Assembly: GCA_963794945.1 (NCBI GenBank)
Contig: CAWCFT010000016.1
Coordinates: 32,001-96,000, forward strand
DNA: 64,000 nucleotides
Reading direction: 5' to 3'
Source: Endomicrobiales bacterium
GTDB taxonomy: Bacteria > Elusimicrobiota > Endomicrobiia > Endomicrobiales > CAWCFT01
Part shown: positions 20,851-32,002 of the stretch, piece by piece
Layout of the letters: each line of letters opens with the position of its first letter
Numbering within the stretch: position 1 is the stretch's first letter
Program-made: the position numbers and the translations under genes
The notes under the pieces: model-generated
Database searches by the model: none
Told to the model about the DNA's origin: nothing
What the model saw: the letters and a program-made list of their open reading frames with translations, nothing else

Positions 20851-21804
20851 TTATCTCTTTTTACGTTTAAGTACTTTTTCGGCTGCGGACACGATATCAA
20901 CATCCTTTAGGTGATAGAGTTTCATAAGGTCAGACGGTGATCCGGATTCGCCGAAGACATCATTTATTCCGACCATCTCAACCGGAACGGGGCACTTCTT
21001 GACCAGCACTTCGCTTACCGCGGAACCGAATCCGCCAAAAAGCTGGTGCTCTTCGGCCGTGACTATCGCGCCGCACTGCTCGGCCGCCTCGGTTATGGTT
21101 TTTTCATCTATGGGTTTGACCGTGTGAAGGTTAATTACCCTAGCTGAAACACCTGATTTTTCCAAAATTTCAGCCGCCATTAGAGCTTCGTAGACCATTG
21201 CTCCGCAGGCAATTATCGCAACGTCCTTGCCGCCCTTTAACACCTCGGCTCTTCCGATCTCGAAAGGAGAATCGGCTTTTGTATGCATAGGGACATTCTC
21301 TCTTCCGAACCTTATGAAAACTGGCCCATTTATCGCGGCGGAAGCTATAGTCGCTTTCTTGGTCTCTTCGTAGTCGCAAGGAACTATAACGGTCATGTTC
21401 GGCAGGCAGCGCATTATAGAGATCTCCTCAAGCGCCTGGTGCGTGGCCCCGTCCGGGCCTACCAGCACTCCGGCGTGAGATCCGCCTATCTTGACATTGA
21501 GGTTAGAGTAGCAGACGGTGTTCCGTATCTGTTCCCACGGGCGGCCTGCTGCGAACATGGAATATGTGGAAGCGTATGGTATCCAACCCGCGACGGCAAG
21601 CCCCGCGGCCATGCCTATGAGGTTTTGTTCAGCGACTCCTACATTAGCAAACCGCTCCGGGAATCTCTCTTGGAACATATTGATCGCGACCGACGAAGCC
21701 GTGTCTGCTCCCAGAACGAATATCTTAGAATTTTTCTCCCCTAGCGCCACAAGCCCTTCGCCGAAACCGTAGCGCGTAGCCTTCTTTCCAAAAACTTCTA
21801 CCAT
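20851..21804 (-). CDS. Transketolase, C-terminal (pyrimidine-binding) subunit
   Basis: NVGVAEQN, GPDGATHQALE and AEEH motifs. Confidence 0.93.
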   Translation of the reverse strand: MVEVFGKKATRYGFGEGLVALGEKNSKIFVLGADTASSVAINMFQERFPERFANVGVAEQNLIGMAAGLAVAGWIPYASTYSMFAAGRPWEQIRNTVCYSNLNVKIGGSHAGVLVGPDGATHQALEEISIMRCLPNMTVIVPCDYEETKKATIASAAINGPVFIRFGRENVPMHTKADSPFEIGRAEVLKGGKDVAIIACGAMVYEALMAAEILEKSGVSARVINLHTVKPIDEKTITEAAEQCGAIVTAEEHQLFGGFGSAVSEVLVKKCPVPVEMVGINDVFGESGSPSDLMKLYHLKDVDIVSAAEKVLKRKKR

Positions 21805-21878
21805 GATTTTATTCCTTTCAATCAAATATCAAATACCAAAGGTTAAAATTTTTGATTTTTGATTCTTGATTATTGAAT

Positions 21879-22700
21879 TTACCTGCTAACTGCCAACTCT
21901 TTTAGTGCTAATTCTAACTGCTCTTTATTTGGCGCCTTGCCGTGCCAGTCGGCGCTGTTTTCCATAAAAGATACGCCTTTGCCTTTTATTGTATGAGCGA
22001 TTATGGCCGTTGGCTTTCCTTTGGTATTGCGGGCTGTCTCAAACGCGCCTATGACCTCGTTCAAATCATGTCCGTTTATCTCGAGCGTGTTCCAGCCGAA
22101 CGAGCGGTATTTTTCGGAGATGGGTTCAATGTTCATTACTTCGCCGACTTTCCCATCGATCTGCAGTCCGTTCAAGTCTACTATGCCGCAGAGATTGTCG
22201 AGCTTGAAATGGCCAGCCGACATAGCTGCTTCCCATATAGAACCTTCCTGCTGCTCGCCATCCCCCATAAGAACGTATACGCGATTGGGCTTATTCTCTC
22301 TCTTATGCCCGAGCGCGGCCCCGACGCCTATAGATAATCCGTACCCGAGCGACCCTGTAGAAACCTCAATGCCCGGTACATTCTTGTCTTTTGACGGGTG
22401 GCCCTGCGGCCGGCTGCCGGTTTTACGCAGGGTGCATAGTTCGGACGACTCGATGCAATGCAACTGTGCCAGAACGGCGTAAAGTACTGGGCACGCGTGG
22501 CCTTTTGAAAGTATAAAATAATCTCTGCAGGGATCCTGCGGTTTATTTGAGGAAAAATTCATTTCCTTGAAATACAGCGCGACCACTATCTCTACCGCTG
22601 AAAGACTTCCGCCCGGGTGCCCTGAGCCTGCCTGAGCTATCATAGTGATAATGTCTTTTCTTACGTTTAATGCGATCTCCTTCAGTTGCTCTGTCTCCAC
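21879..22700 (-). CDS. Transketolase, N-terminal (TPP-binding) subunit
   Basis: GHPGGSLS, LSKGH, STGSLG and GDGE...N TPP motif. Confidence 0.93.
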   Translation of the reverse strand: METEQLKEIALNVRKDIITMIAQAGSGHPGGSLSAVEIVVALYFKEMNFSSNKPQDPCRDYFILSKGHACPVLYAVLAQLHCIESSELCTLRKTGSRPQGHPSKDKNVPGIEVSTGSLGYGLSIGVGAALGHKRENKPNRVYVLMGDGEQQEGSIWEAAMSAGHFKLDNLCGIVDLNGLQIDGKVGEVMNIEPISEKYRSFGWNTLEINGHDLNEVIGAFETARNTKGKPTAIIAHTIKGKGVSFMENSADWHGKAPNKEQLELALKELAVSR

Positions 22701-22749
22701 TTTTGTTCCTCCGCTTATTTTGGGGTATTTAATGCTTTAAATAAAAACC

Positions 22750-25700
22750 TTACTCCGTCTCGGTGCTTTCGCCGTGTTTTCTTTTGAAATCTTTTTCCGG
22801 CGACACCGGGGATACAGTGCTTGTTTCTTCTTTTTCCGACGTCTCGATTTCTTGCCTGAAATCCCTAAGCTCTGTCTTAGCTCTTGGAATAACAAACTGG
22901 AAGTTGGCCCCGCTATTGGGCTCACTCTCTACCCATATCTGCCCGCCGTGCATCTCTACAATGGACTTGACTATCGCAAGGCCGAGGCCCGTGCCCGAGC
23001 TCGCACGAGTTATGCCGGAATCCACCTGGTAAAATTTTTCGAATACCTTCTTCTGGTCTTTCTTGTCGATCCCGATGCCGGTATCAGCGACCGAAAAAAG
23101 CACGAAATCTCCCCTGTCCATAGCAGAAACAGTTATCATACCTCCGGCCGGTGTGAATTTTATGGAGTTGACCACGAGGTTATCGAAAACTTGAATGAGC
23201 CGCTGCCGATCTGCTTGTATCATAGGGAATGTCTCGGGTATGTGCGCGGTGAGCTTGAGTTTTTTGTTGGCAGCTTCCGCTGCCAGGTTAGTTATTACCG
23301 TAGAGACTATCTCTTTAGGATCGACAGGCCCCATTTGCAGTTTCAGCTGACCCGACTCGATGCTCGAAATATCCAGTAGGTCTGTTATAAGCACCGTCAG
23401 CCGGTCTATAGACTGGTCGGCTATTTGAAGGAACTTTTTCTGCTGGTTATTCAAATCGCCCGCCTCGCCGCCGAGCACGACCTTAACGAATCCCTTGACA
23501 GCCGTTAGAGGGGTCCTCAGCTCATGCGAGACCATAGAAATAAACTCGTTCTTTATCTGGTTAAGCTGTTCAAGCTCGTTCTTGGTTTCTCTTAATGAAT
23601 TATAAAGCTGGGCGTTGCCTATAATGATCGCCGCCTGGTGGGCTATGAGGATCGCAAGCTTTAAATGGTCGTTAGTGTAGCAGTTGGCCTTGTGCCTGCC
23701 TATCCTTAAGACGCCTATGACACGGTTTTCGGCGCGAAGAGGAACAAGTATAAGCGACCTCACATCCCAAAGCTTTGAAGTCTGGCTCTTTATACGCGGA
23801 TCGAGCGAAGCGTCCGGGCTGAGGAAAGGCTCGCCAGAGCGGAAGACCTGGGCAGAATGCGAATTGATGTCGTCGGTTTTAATGCGTAGCAGCACGGCCT
23901 CGTCCCCGCCAGTGAAATACGCTCCCTGCTGGGTCACAAGTTCGTTATTTTTTTCATCAAATATCAGCAATGCGCAGAGGTCGGCATCAAACGCACGGGT
24001 AGTGGTCGAGATCACCTTTTTAATTGTCTTATCCCAAACAGGTTCGCTGGATATCGCCGAAGATATCTCCTGCAGCACCGTCAGATCGGAAACCCTCCGC
24101 TCGAGCTCGTGGTAAAGCCTGACGTTGTCTATTATGCCGGAAGCCCTGTCGGCGATAAGTTCCAAAATCCTCAGGTCATCCTGCGTGAACGGCGAACCGA
24201 ACTTGTTGGCGACACCAAGCACCCCTATGTTCTTTTTCCCCGAGCGTAATGGCACTAGCACTAGCGAGTGCACACTAAAAAGGTTAGCAAGTATCGGTAT
24301 GGCCGCCGCTGCTTCAGTCGGATCGTTGAACATGTGGTTCTTTCCTTCCTGAAGAACCGACTCCAGCGCCTTCACTTCATTTAAATGAAAATGCAGGTGT
24401 GAAAAGTCTTTGTCTTTTATTCCGAAGAACGGCGCGCAGGGTATCATCTCGTTCGATTCCGGGACGTATAGGAACAGGCCCACTGACTGTGTGCTTAGCA
24501 GGTCCTTTATCTTGTCCACTATCATCTCGAGTATTTCTTGAAGGTTTATTTTTGTCGCCGCGTACGCTGCTATATCAGAAAGGGCCTTCATCTCCCTGAC
24601 CTTATGTATGAGGCGCGAGTTGGTCTGGATAAGCTCGCGGGTGGTTATTGAAACCTCGGTCTCCAGCCTGCGGTTGAGTTCCTGAACTCTCTCGTAAAGC
24701 TGAGAGTTGCGCAGCGCTATACCAAGATACTTGGCTAATGTAGAAATAGTATTGACCCTGTCTTCGTTGAAGAATTTCTTTTCCGGCGTCCCAACGCTGA
24801 GCACCCCGACGCATTTGGCTTCCACAAGCAGCGGTATATGCATGGAGGAATGCATACCTTCGTTTTCCAGCAGAAGCTTGTCCATGACCGAATCGGTATT
24901 CTCTAAGTCGTCATTGACTATTATAAGGCATTTCTGGTAAGCCTGACCTATCTGCCCTTCACCGGACCTTAGGTGAATGAGCTTGGCGTAATCCGGAGAG
25001 AGCCCTCTGTAGGATTTGACCCTCAAGAAACCGTCCTCTCCCGGCAGGGTTACAAAACATGCCGAATCGTGGAATTTTTTCCTTATCACATCGAGCACTA
25101 TACCGAATATCTCGTTGACCTCTATGTGCGACGTCAGGGTTTGTGACACAGAAAAAAGCATCTTGAGAGTCGCGTTAGTGTCGTAAGCTTTTTCATTGAG
25201 GCTGTTGAGCTTGAAGAACATCTCGCGCCACTCTCTGTGCTGGGCGCCGGCATCTAGGGTCGCGTTCTCATCTTTTTCAAAGCTTTCCGTGAATTTCTGC
25301 AGTTTCATTAGCGGCAGGTAAAGATGCTTACGCAGGTAGAAAGAGACTGAGGATAATACAAGCACGAGCCAAAAAACGATCGCGGCCTGCTATGATGAAC
25401 AGGTTCCTGTCCCTTGTCATCTCTTTGAAAATGAACTCCGGCGCAGGCCAGATCTTAAGCCATCCGGCTATTTTTCCGTTCTCAGCTATAGGGAGTTTTG
25501 TGAAAAGCTGCGAAATGATCTGCTCGCGTTTCTGGGGGCCCCGCGCGAAAATGATCTTGCCTTTTTCGTTCGCGACCGCCGACATTACTATTTCCTGCTG
25601 GCGTGATAATTTGTCAAGTACCGACTTGATCTGCTGGCGGTTTGGTTTTTCGGATATCATCCCGTATAGCACTTCGGTAGAGGAAGAACAGATTGGGGCA

Positions 25701-25816
25701 AAATATCTTGTGAGGAGCGATTGTATGTAAAGATAACCACAGCAGGCGAAAACCGCGTTTATAAGCACCAGGATGAGCGCCACGTAGGCAATATATTTAA
25801 ATATCAGCTTCTTCAT
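22750..25816 (-). CDS. Membrane-anchored sensor histidine kinase with three GAF domains (frameshift near 25380)
   Basis: ORF 25328..25816 has a TM and periplasmic part. ORF 22750..25365 has three GAF-like repeats (VPL...GVL...F), SHELRTPL, NSIKFT, DTGIG and GTGLGL. Confidence 0.9.
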
Positions 25817-27669
25817 TATAATTTGTGTTTCAAAAGCGTTATATCGAGAGCGAGGTTAAGGTATCTGTAGTCCTTGTTGAGCTCGGCCCAAGGAACAAGC
25901 TGAAGCGAGACCTTTTCGTCGTCCATGACCGTGGATAACAGGTTCGCAAAATCCTCGGCGTCCATTGCTGATTCCAGAGGCGGACCAAGAACTATCGCTA
26001 TCCCAACGTTGTTCGTCTTGCAAAGTTCAGTAAAGAACTGGTAGTTTATCTTCCCAGTGAACGCGTAGGCGCGCTCGAATATGCCTTCCAGCCTGAATTT
26101 CAGTTTATGCTTTTTTATAACATCGCGGAAGCGGTCTTTGATCTTTACAAGTTCCTCGTCTTTGCCCTCCGGATAGAAGAAAGCAACATCAACACTCTTC
26201 AGATTTGCCTCTGACGGGTCCCTCACCTGAGGAGCGGTGGGTTTTGGCGCGGCGGGTTTGGACTGCTGTATAACGATCAATGGCTCTGGCTCGGATTTTG
26301 CTGCGATGCGGGCTGGTTCCTGGCGCAGTGGCTCTGCAATAACGGGCGCAACAGGAGGCGTAGGCTCTTGCGCCGGCTCAGCAACAGGTATATTCATTTC
26401 AACAACTGGAGGCTGGTATACGGCTTGGGCTTTCTGGGCCGGAAACTGAGGCATAGCCAACTCTTCGGATTCTTCCACCGGAAGCAGGTCCGCCATAAGA
26501 CTGTGGACCAGCTCCATGTCCACATCCTGGTGAGTTAGCGCAGCGTACGCATTTATCCTTTTTAGGAAGCCTTCCAGTTCCCTGATATTGGATTTGAGCT
26601 TTGAGGCGATGTAGAGCAGGATATTATCGTTAAGCCTTAGCTTTTCAACTTCTTCCTTTTTCTTGAGTATCGCGACCCTCGTCTCGAGATTCGGCGATTT
26701 TATATCGGCTATCAGGCCCCATTCGAAACGTGACCGGAGCCTGTCCTCGAGAGTTGTCAGGTGTTTTGGCGGCCTGTCGGAAGTTATTATTATCTGCTTT
26801 CCACTCTGATGAAGCACGTTGAATGTATGGAAGAATTCTTCCTGCGTGGATTCAGACTCAACTAGGAACTGTATGTCGTCAACAAGCAGGAGGTCAATGT
26901 TGCGGTAGTGGTCGCGCATACGCTGAAGCTGGCCCGAACGTATGGAGTCTATAACCTCGCCCATAAATTTCTCGGTAGTAACATAGAGCACTCTCGACGC
27001 AGGGTTTTTCTTTCTCACGTAATGGCCAACGGCATTCATCATGTGGGTCTCGCCGAGGCCCACTCCGCCGTAAATAAAGAAAGGATTGTATATCTTGCCT
27101 GGGTTGTCAGCTACCGCCTGTGTGGTGGCGGTAAAGCGGTTATTGGGCCCGATAACGAATTCTTCGAAAGTGTACCTTGGGTTGAGCTCGAGGTCCAGAA
27201 ACCCTTCGTGCCCGTCCGACCCGGAGTATACTATCCTTTCCTGAGCCGGGTTGGCTGCCAAGGGCTGCGCCGCCAGCGCCGCTTCCCTGATCTTTGGCTC
27301 TGCTGCGTTCTCATGAAGTTTCTTTATTTCGGCGGTTTCCTGGTCAGCGGTAACGCTGCTCATGCTTCTGGCGACTTTTTCCAGGGCCGAATCAAGCTCG
27401 TTGTCTTTTGACGGGCCTTCGATTATGCCGTCCGCGCATTTATTCTTGAGGTCGACCGCCAGTTTTTTAATGGATTCTTCATTAGCATCGTAGATATACA
27501 AGCCAAAATCGTAGTCGTCTTTTTCCAGCAGGAAAGGCCTGCCTACGGTGCCAGGGATTGTATTTATCAGCGACATCAGCTCGCGTTCATCTATCTTAAG
27601 TCTCAAGAGCCATCTGTTCTTATCTTTTTCAGTTGGCGTTAAAGAAAGTTTCCATCTAGTTAGGCTCAT
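25816..27669 (-). CDS. DnaA-like AAA+ protein lacking the DnaA domain IV, with novel N- and C-terminal domains
   Basis: LNPRYTFEEFVIG, YNPFFIYGGVGLGETH, LLVDDIQF, QEEFFHTFN, DRLRSRFEWGL and NIRELEG, then a Pro-rich linker. No RDHTTV-type HTH is present. Confidence 0.85.
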   Translation of the reverse strand: MSLTRWKLSLTPTEKDKNRWLLRLKIDERELMSLINTIPGTVGRPFLLEKDDYDFGLYIYDANEESIKKLAVDLKNKCADGIIEGPSKDNELDSALEKVARSMSSVTADQETAEIKKLHENAAEPKIREAALAAQPLAANPAQERIVYSGSDGHEGFLDLELNPRYTFEEFVIGPNNRFTATTQAVADNPGKIYNPFFIYGGVGLGETHMMNAVGHYVRKKNPASRVLYVTTEKFMGEVIDSIRSGQLQRMRDHYRNIDLLLVDDIQFLVESESTQEEFFHTFNVLHQSGKQIIITSDRPPKHLTTLEDRLRSRFEWGLIADIKSPNLETRVAILKKKEEVEKLRLNDNILLYIASKLKSNIRELEGFLKRINAYAALTHQDVDMELVHSLMADLLPVEESEELAMPQFPAQKAQAVYQPPVVEMNIPVAEPAQEPTPPVAPVIAEPLRQEPARIAAKSEPEPLIVIQQSKPAAPKPTAPQVRDPSEANLKSVDVAFFYPEGKDEELVKIKDRFRDVIKKHKLKFRLEGIFERAYAFTGKINYQFFTELCKTNNVGIAIVLGPPLESAMDAEDFANLLSTVMDDEKVSLQLVPWAELNKDYRYLNLALDITLLKHKL

Positions 27670-27734
27670 TATGCCCCTGTTTCCTTATCCGTGGGAACGG
27701 AATCGTAAATTTTAAAAACTTGCCTGGGTTCCTG

Positions 27735-28810
27735 TTATTCAGCTGAGTTTATGCCTTTTAAATTGAGTGTCATATCATCCGGGTTCGTCGCCTTATCCAG
27801 CGCTTCTTCGACGGTAATCGTACCATTTTTGAACATGTTCAGCAGGTCGGCATCAAAAGTATGCATGCCGTAATACCCGCCCTGGTCTATGGCCTTGTAA
27901 ACCTCACCGAACTTGCCTTCAGCTATAAGTTTTTTTACTAAAGATGTGCCCATAAGTATCTTGGTCGCGGGCAGACGGCCCTGTCCATCCTTCTGTGTGA
28001 CTAGCCTCTGGGCAACTATACCCTTTACAACATTTGCAAACTGCGAGCGCACGGATGCCTGCTGGTGCGGAGGGTAGGAATCCACTATCCTGTCTATCGT
28101 TTGCGACGCATCCATTGTGTGGATAGTAGAAAGCACAAGATGACCGGTCTCAGCGGCCGTTATAGCGGAGGATATAGCTTCAAAGTCCCGCATCTCGCCT
28201 ATAACAACTACGTCCGGGTCCTGTTCTGAGCGCGTATTTGAGCGCGCGCGCGTAGGATTTTGTGTCGAGCCCGACTTCCCTCTGCGAGATGGACGACTTT
28301 TTGTCCTTGTGATAGTATTCTATTTGGGTCTTCAACAGTAACTATGTTGTAGCAGAAATTTTCGTTAATGTAATCGAGTATTGAGTTCATTGTCGTAGTC
28401 TTGCCGGCCCCGGTAACGCCTGTGATAAGGATGAGCCCGCGCTGGTCAGAAGCGAGTTTCTTAAGCGGTTCAGCAGGAAGGTTGAGCTCTTCAAAAGTCT
28501 TTACCTTGAGCGGCACAACCCTTAACGTCAGAGCTGTTGTTCCTCTCTGCCTGTAAACGTTTATCCTGAACCTTGAGATCTCATCAATGGAATGTGCGAA
28601 ATCGAGTTCGAGATCCGAATCGAAGGCTTTTCTCTGTTCGGGGCTCATCAGCGAATCTGCAAGTTCTTCAATGTTTTTGGCACTGAACGCATCTAGCCCC
28701 GCTGTTGTGAGTTTGCCGTTAAGGCGCAGTAGCGGCGCTGACCCACTTTTGAAATGGATATCGGATATACCTTTCTTTACCATAAGTTGAAGCAGTTCAT
28801 TTACGTTCAT
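27735..28810 (-). CDS. pilT: PilT/PilU family type IV pilus retraction ATPase (frameshifted around 28230-28320)
   Basis: [30 protein letters not shown], then [19 protein letters not shown] and GMHTFD. Confidence 0.88.
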
Positions 28811-29482
28811 TTTCTCTACCTCTGCATGCTTCCCTGGCTATCACTACCGAGTTCGATGTCCCGATCCTTGAGGCTCCGGCCTTGACCATACTCAAAAGAT
28901 CACGAAGGCTCTTGATGCCTCCGGCGGCTTTTACTCCCATCGAACTTCCCACCGTTTCGCGCATAAGCCTTACATCCGAGGCTTTCGCTCCTCCTCCAGA
29001 AAACCCCGTTGAGGTTTTAACAAAATCCGCTCCTGCACTTTTCGCTGCAAGGCACGCCTTCACTTTTTCTTTTCTAGAAAGAAGGCTGGCTTCAATTATT
29101 ACCTTGAGCGTTTTGCCGCCGACGGATGACCTCACCTTTCTTATTTCATCAAGAACAAGTTCATAGTTGCCTGACTTTAGGGCCCCGATGTTAACGACCA
29201 TGTCTATTTCATCGGCGCCGTTCGAGACCGCCTCTCCGGCTTCAAAAGCCTTTGCATCAGCGGTTGAGGCGCCCAGCGGAAAACCAGCCACGGAACATAT
29301 TTTGACACCGGAACCTTTTAACAGGCCGGCGCTATACTTGACGTTGGCGGGATTTACGCAGACCGAGTGGAACCCGTATCTCCTGGCCTCGCGTGAAAAG
29401 CTTCCGTAAGTTCTGCCCGGCCGGCGCCGGGCTTGAGCAACGTGTGGTCAATGAGCTTGGCGGCGCCAGATATGTTTTTCAT
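28797..29482 (-). CDS. deoC: Deoxyribose-phosphate aldolase (frameshift near 29400)
   Basis: Upstream frame [47 protein letters not shown] and RIGTS. Confidence 0.93.
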
Positions 29483-29493
29483 TTCAAATTTAC

Positions 29494-29961
29494 TTATTTC
29501 TTTTGAGCCAGACCGCATATCCTGTTCTCTATCTCAGATATGTTCGATACCCGTTTCCTGTGCCTTTCTTCTGTGCTCGCGGGGGTCCTAAGCCAGGTGT
29601 CTATGAACCCGATGAGCCCGTCAGTAGTGGCGAACCTGCCGGGAAGACAGATTATGTTGGCGTCATTGTGCTGGGAAATAAGTTTTGCGATGTCATTATT
29701 CCAACACACCGCAGCCCGTACACCAGGGAATTTATTAGCGGTGATAGACATGCCTATTCCCGTCCCGCAGATGAGCACTCCTTTATCATACAGCCTTTTA
29801 GAAACACCCTCGGCTACAGCAGCGGCGAATTCGGTATAGTCACAGCTAGCGTTCCAGCACGATCCCATATCGGCAACTGTGTGACCGAGCCCGTGAAGAA
29901 AATCCAGCACTTTTTCCCTGTGCTCGAAACCGGCGTGGTCGCAGCCGAAAGCTATTTTCAT
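29494..29961 (-). CDS. rpiB: Ribose-5-phosphate isomerase B
   Basis: DHAG, CGTGIG, ANK, HNDAN and RHRKRV. Confidence 0.95.
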   Translation of the reverse strand: MKIAFGCDHAGFEHREKVLDFLHGLGHTVADMGSCWNASCDYTEFAAAVAEGVSKRLYDKGVLICGTGIGMSITANKFPGVRAAVCWNNDIAKLISQHNDANIICLPGRFATTDGLIGFIDTWLRTPASTEERHRKRVSNISEIENRICGLAQKK

Positions 29962-30000
29962 TTCCTCTCTCCAAATCTTATCTTCCCGTAAGAAACGGGA

Positions 30001-30381
30001 TCAATTGTATTTTTTGTTAATGAAGCCGTCCTGCTCTGCCCTCAGCTTCATGATGAATTCGCCAAGCTCGGCGCGTTCGTTTGTGCCGAGGTCTACGAAC
30101 TGGGCTCCGTAGATCGATTCGTTCTGGTTATTTCCCTTGTTTTCCATGTGACAGATCTTTGCCACACATTTAAGCTTCATTCCATTAGGGAGCGTCACAT
30201 CTAGGCCTATATCATCGCCTATGCTGAATTCCGGGCTGCAGATGAACTTCACTCCGCCAAGTGATACATCAACGACTTTGCCCACCAGCACGAGCAGTAT
30301 GCCCGAGACCAGCCTAACCTGCCCGCCTGGAAGGAAAATACGGATGTGTTTACGCCGCTCCTCGCCTTTCAACATGGACAT
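30001..30381 (-). CDS. PilZ domain protein
   Basis: RRKHIR and DVSLGG c-di-GMP-binding motifs. Confidence 0.85.
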   Translation of the reverse strand: MSMLKGEERRKHIRIFLPGGQVRLVSGILLVLVGKVVDVSLGGVKFICSPEFSIGDDIGLDVTLPNGMKLKCVAKICHMENKGNNQNESIYGAQFVDLGTNERAELGEFIMKLRAEQDGFINKKYN

Positions 30382-30392
30382 TTCACCTCGGA

Positions 30393-30977
30393 TCAGAGAA
30401 TAATTGCCTTGTCACCGTTCTTTAGTCCTGCCGCATTCGCTTCGTCTATATCCACATGGCATTCCAGCGACATTTTTTCACTGACGCGCGCCACAACATT
30501 CTCAAATATAAGCCCGCGCTCGCCGGAACATTTTATGCTTAGGAGGTCGCCGTCTTTAATCTTGTAGAACGACGCGTCAACAGGGGTCATGTGTATGTGC
30601 CGCTTGGCCACGATACACCCTTCTTTGAGGTCTACCGACCCCGCGGGCCCGGTTATCTTTACAGGAGATGAACCGGAGATGTCGCCCGACCCTCTCACCG
30701 GCGCCTTAAGCCCTGTTTTTACGGCGTCACCGATAGATATCTCCACCTGCGTGAACTTGCGAAGCGGTCCGAGCACCCTTACCTTGTCTATCTCACCCTT
30801 AGGCCCTGATATTTTGACCGTTTCATTGCAGGCGTGCTCGCCCGGCTGCACGAGGTCTTTGATCTTTGTCAGTTTGTACCCTTTGCCAAAAAGGCTTTCC
30901 ATGTCCTTCTCACAAAGATGGATGTGCCGGTTGGACGAGTTGACCGTTACCGGCCTTTCTGCTCTTGAGTTTTCCAA
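30393..30977 (-). CDS. pduL: Phosphate propanoyltransferase (PduL-type phosphotransacylase)
   Basis: SNRHIHL, RVLGP, TQVEIS, AKRHIHM and HVDIDEANA. Confidence 0.93.
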   Translation of the reverse strand: MENSRAERPVTVNSSNRHIHLCEKDMESLFGKGYKLTKIKDLVQPGEHACNETVKISGPKGEIDKVRVLGPLRKFTQVEISIGDAVKTGLKAPVRGSGDISGSSPVKITGPAGSVDLKEGCIVAKRHIHMTPVDASFYKIKDGDLLSIKCSGERGLIFENVVARVSEKMSLECHVDIDEANAAGLKNGDKAIIL

Positions 30978-31035
30978 TTTATGTTCCTTTCACTCCGACT
31001 AATTATTTTTAATTGAACGTCATGAATTCAGGATA

Positions 31036-31791
31036 TCAATACTTGACCAGTTTTGTGAACGATTCTATCTCCAGGCTCGCACCGCCCACCAGCGCTCCGT
31101 CAACGTTTGGCTGTTTCATTATCTCGGCCACGTTGTCGGGTTTTACAGATCCGCCGTACAATATCCTTATGCTCTTGGCAGCCGTTTCGCCGTACATCTG
31201 AGAATAGAGTTTGCGTATATACGCGTGAACCTCTTCCGCCTGCTGAGGCGACGCGGTTTTGCCGGTCCCTATAGCCCATACCGGCTCGTAAGCTATGACC
31301 AGCGTCTTCGCCTGGTCCGGCGTTAGGCCAGCAATACCGTCCTTTATCTGTTTCTCCAGCACTGTAAAAGTAGTGCCGCCTTCTCTCTCGGCCAACATCT
31401 CTCCTACGCAGACTATCGGCACAAGCCCCGCCGCGAACGCGGCTTTCATGCGCTTGTTGACAGTCTGGTCGGTCTCGGAAAAATACTGGCGTCTTTCCGA
31501 GTGCCCGACAATGGCGTATTTGCATCCAGTGTCAACTATCATAGACGGGGCAACCTCTCCCGTAAATGCTCCCTTCGTTTCCCAAAAAATGTTCTGTGAC
31601 CCGACCGAAATATTAGAGCCTTTGAGCGCCTGCGCCACGGCATAAAGCGCCGTAAAAGGCGGGCACACGAGTATCTCCCTGTCGTTGATACCGGCAAGGT
31701 TCTTCTTGAGGCCCTCAACAAGTGTCAGTGCCTCCGGGATGGTTTTGAACAACTTCCAGTTTCCAGCGATGAGCGGTTTTCTGTCAGCCAA
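31036..31791 (-). CDS. tpiA: Triosephosphate isomerase
   Basis: AGNWK, GHSERR, AYEPVWAIGTG, YGGSV and LVGGASL. Confidence 0.97.
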   Translation of the reverse strand: MADRKPLIAGNWKLFKTIPEALTLVEGLKKNLAGINDREILVCPPFTALYAVAQALKGSNISVGSQNIFWETKGAFTGEVAPSMIVDTGCKYAIVGHSERRQYFSETDQTVNKRMKAAFAAGLVPIVCVGEMLAEREGGTTFTVLEKQIKDGIAGLTPDQAKTLVIAYEPVWAIGTGKTASPQQAEEVHAYIRKLYSQMYGETAAKSIRILYGGSVKPDNVAEIMKQPNVDGALVGGASLEIESFTKLVKY

Positions 31792-31836
31792 AGTAGTACT
31801 CCTTTCGATAAAATATGATGTGTAAATACGCTAATA

Positions 31837-31865
31837 AATATAGCAGTTTTTGAATGATTAATCAA
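31837..31865 (-). promoter_or_regulatory. Sigma70-type promoter upstream of tpiA
   Basis: Minus strand TTGATT-17-TATATT with TG extended -10. Confidence 0.5.
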
Positions 31866-32002
31866 GTGAGATTTAGGCTGGGTTTCAGTAATTATTTATT
31901 GGTTAGAGGCCGGCATGAATATGGAGTTTTTAAATGAGTGTTTTCCAATAATTTGGTTTATCCCTAGATGAACTTTCTGTTGATCCCGGGGCGGGGAGAC
32001 CT

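Noticed and set aside
25816..27734. Canonical dnaA / oriC
   Set aside because: Domain IV is absent, there are no dnaN/recF/gyrB neighbours, and no TTATCCACA cluster was seen in the short flanks.
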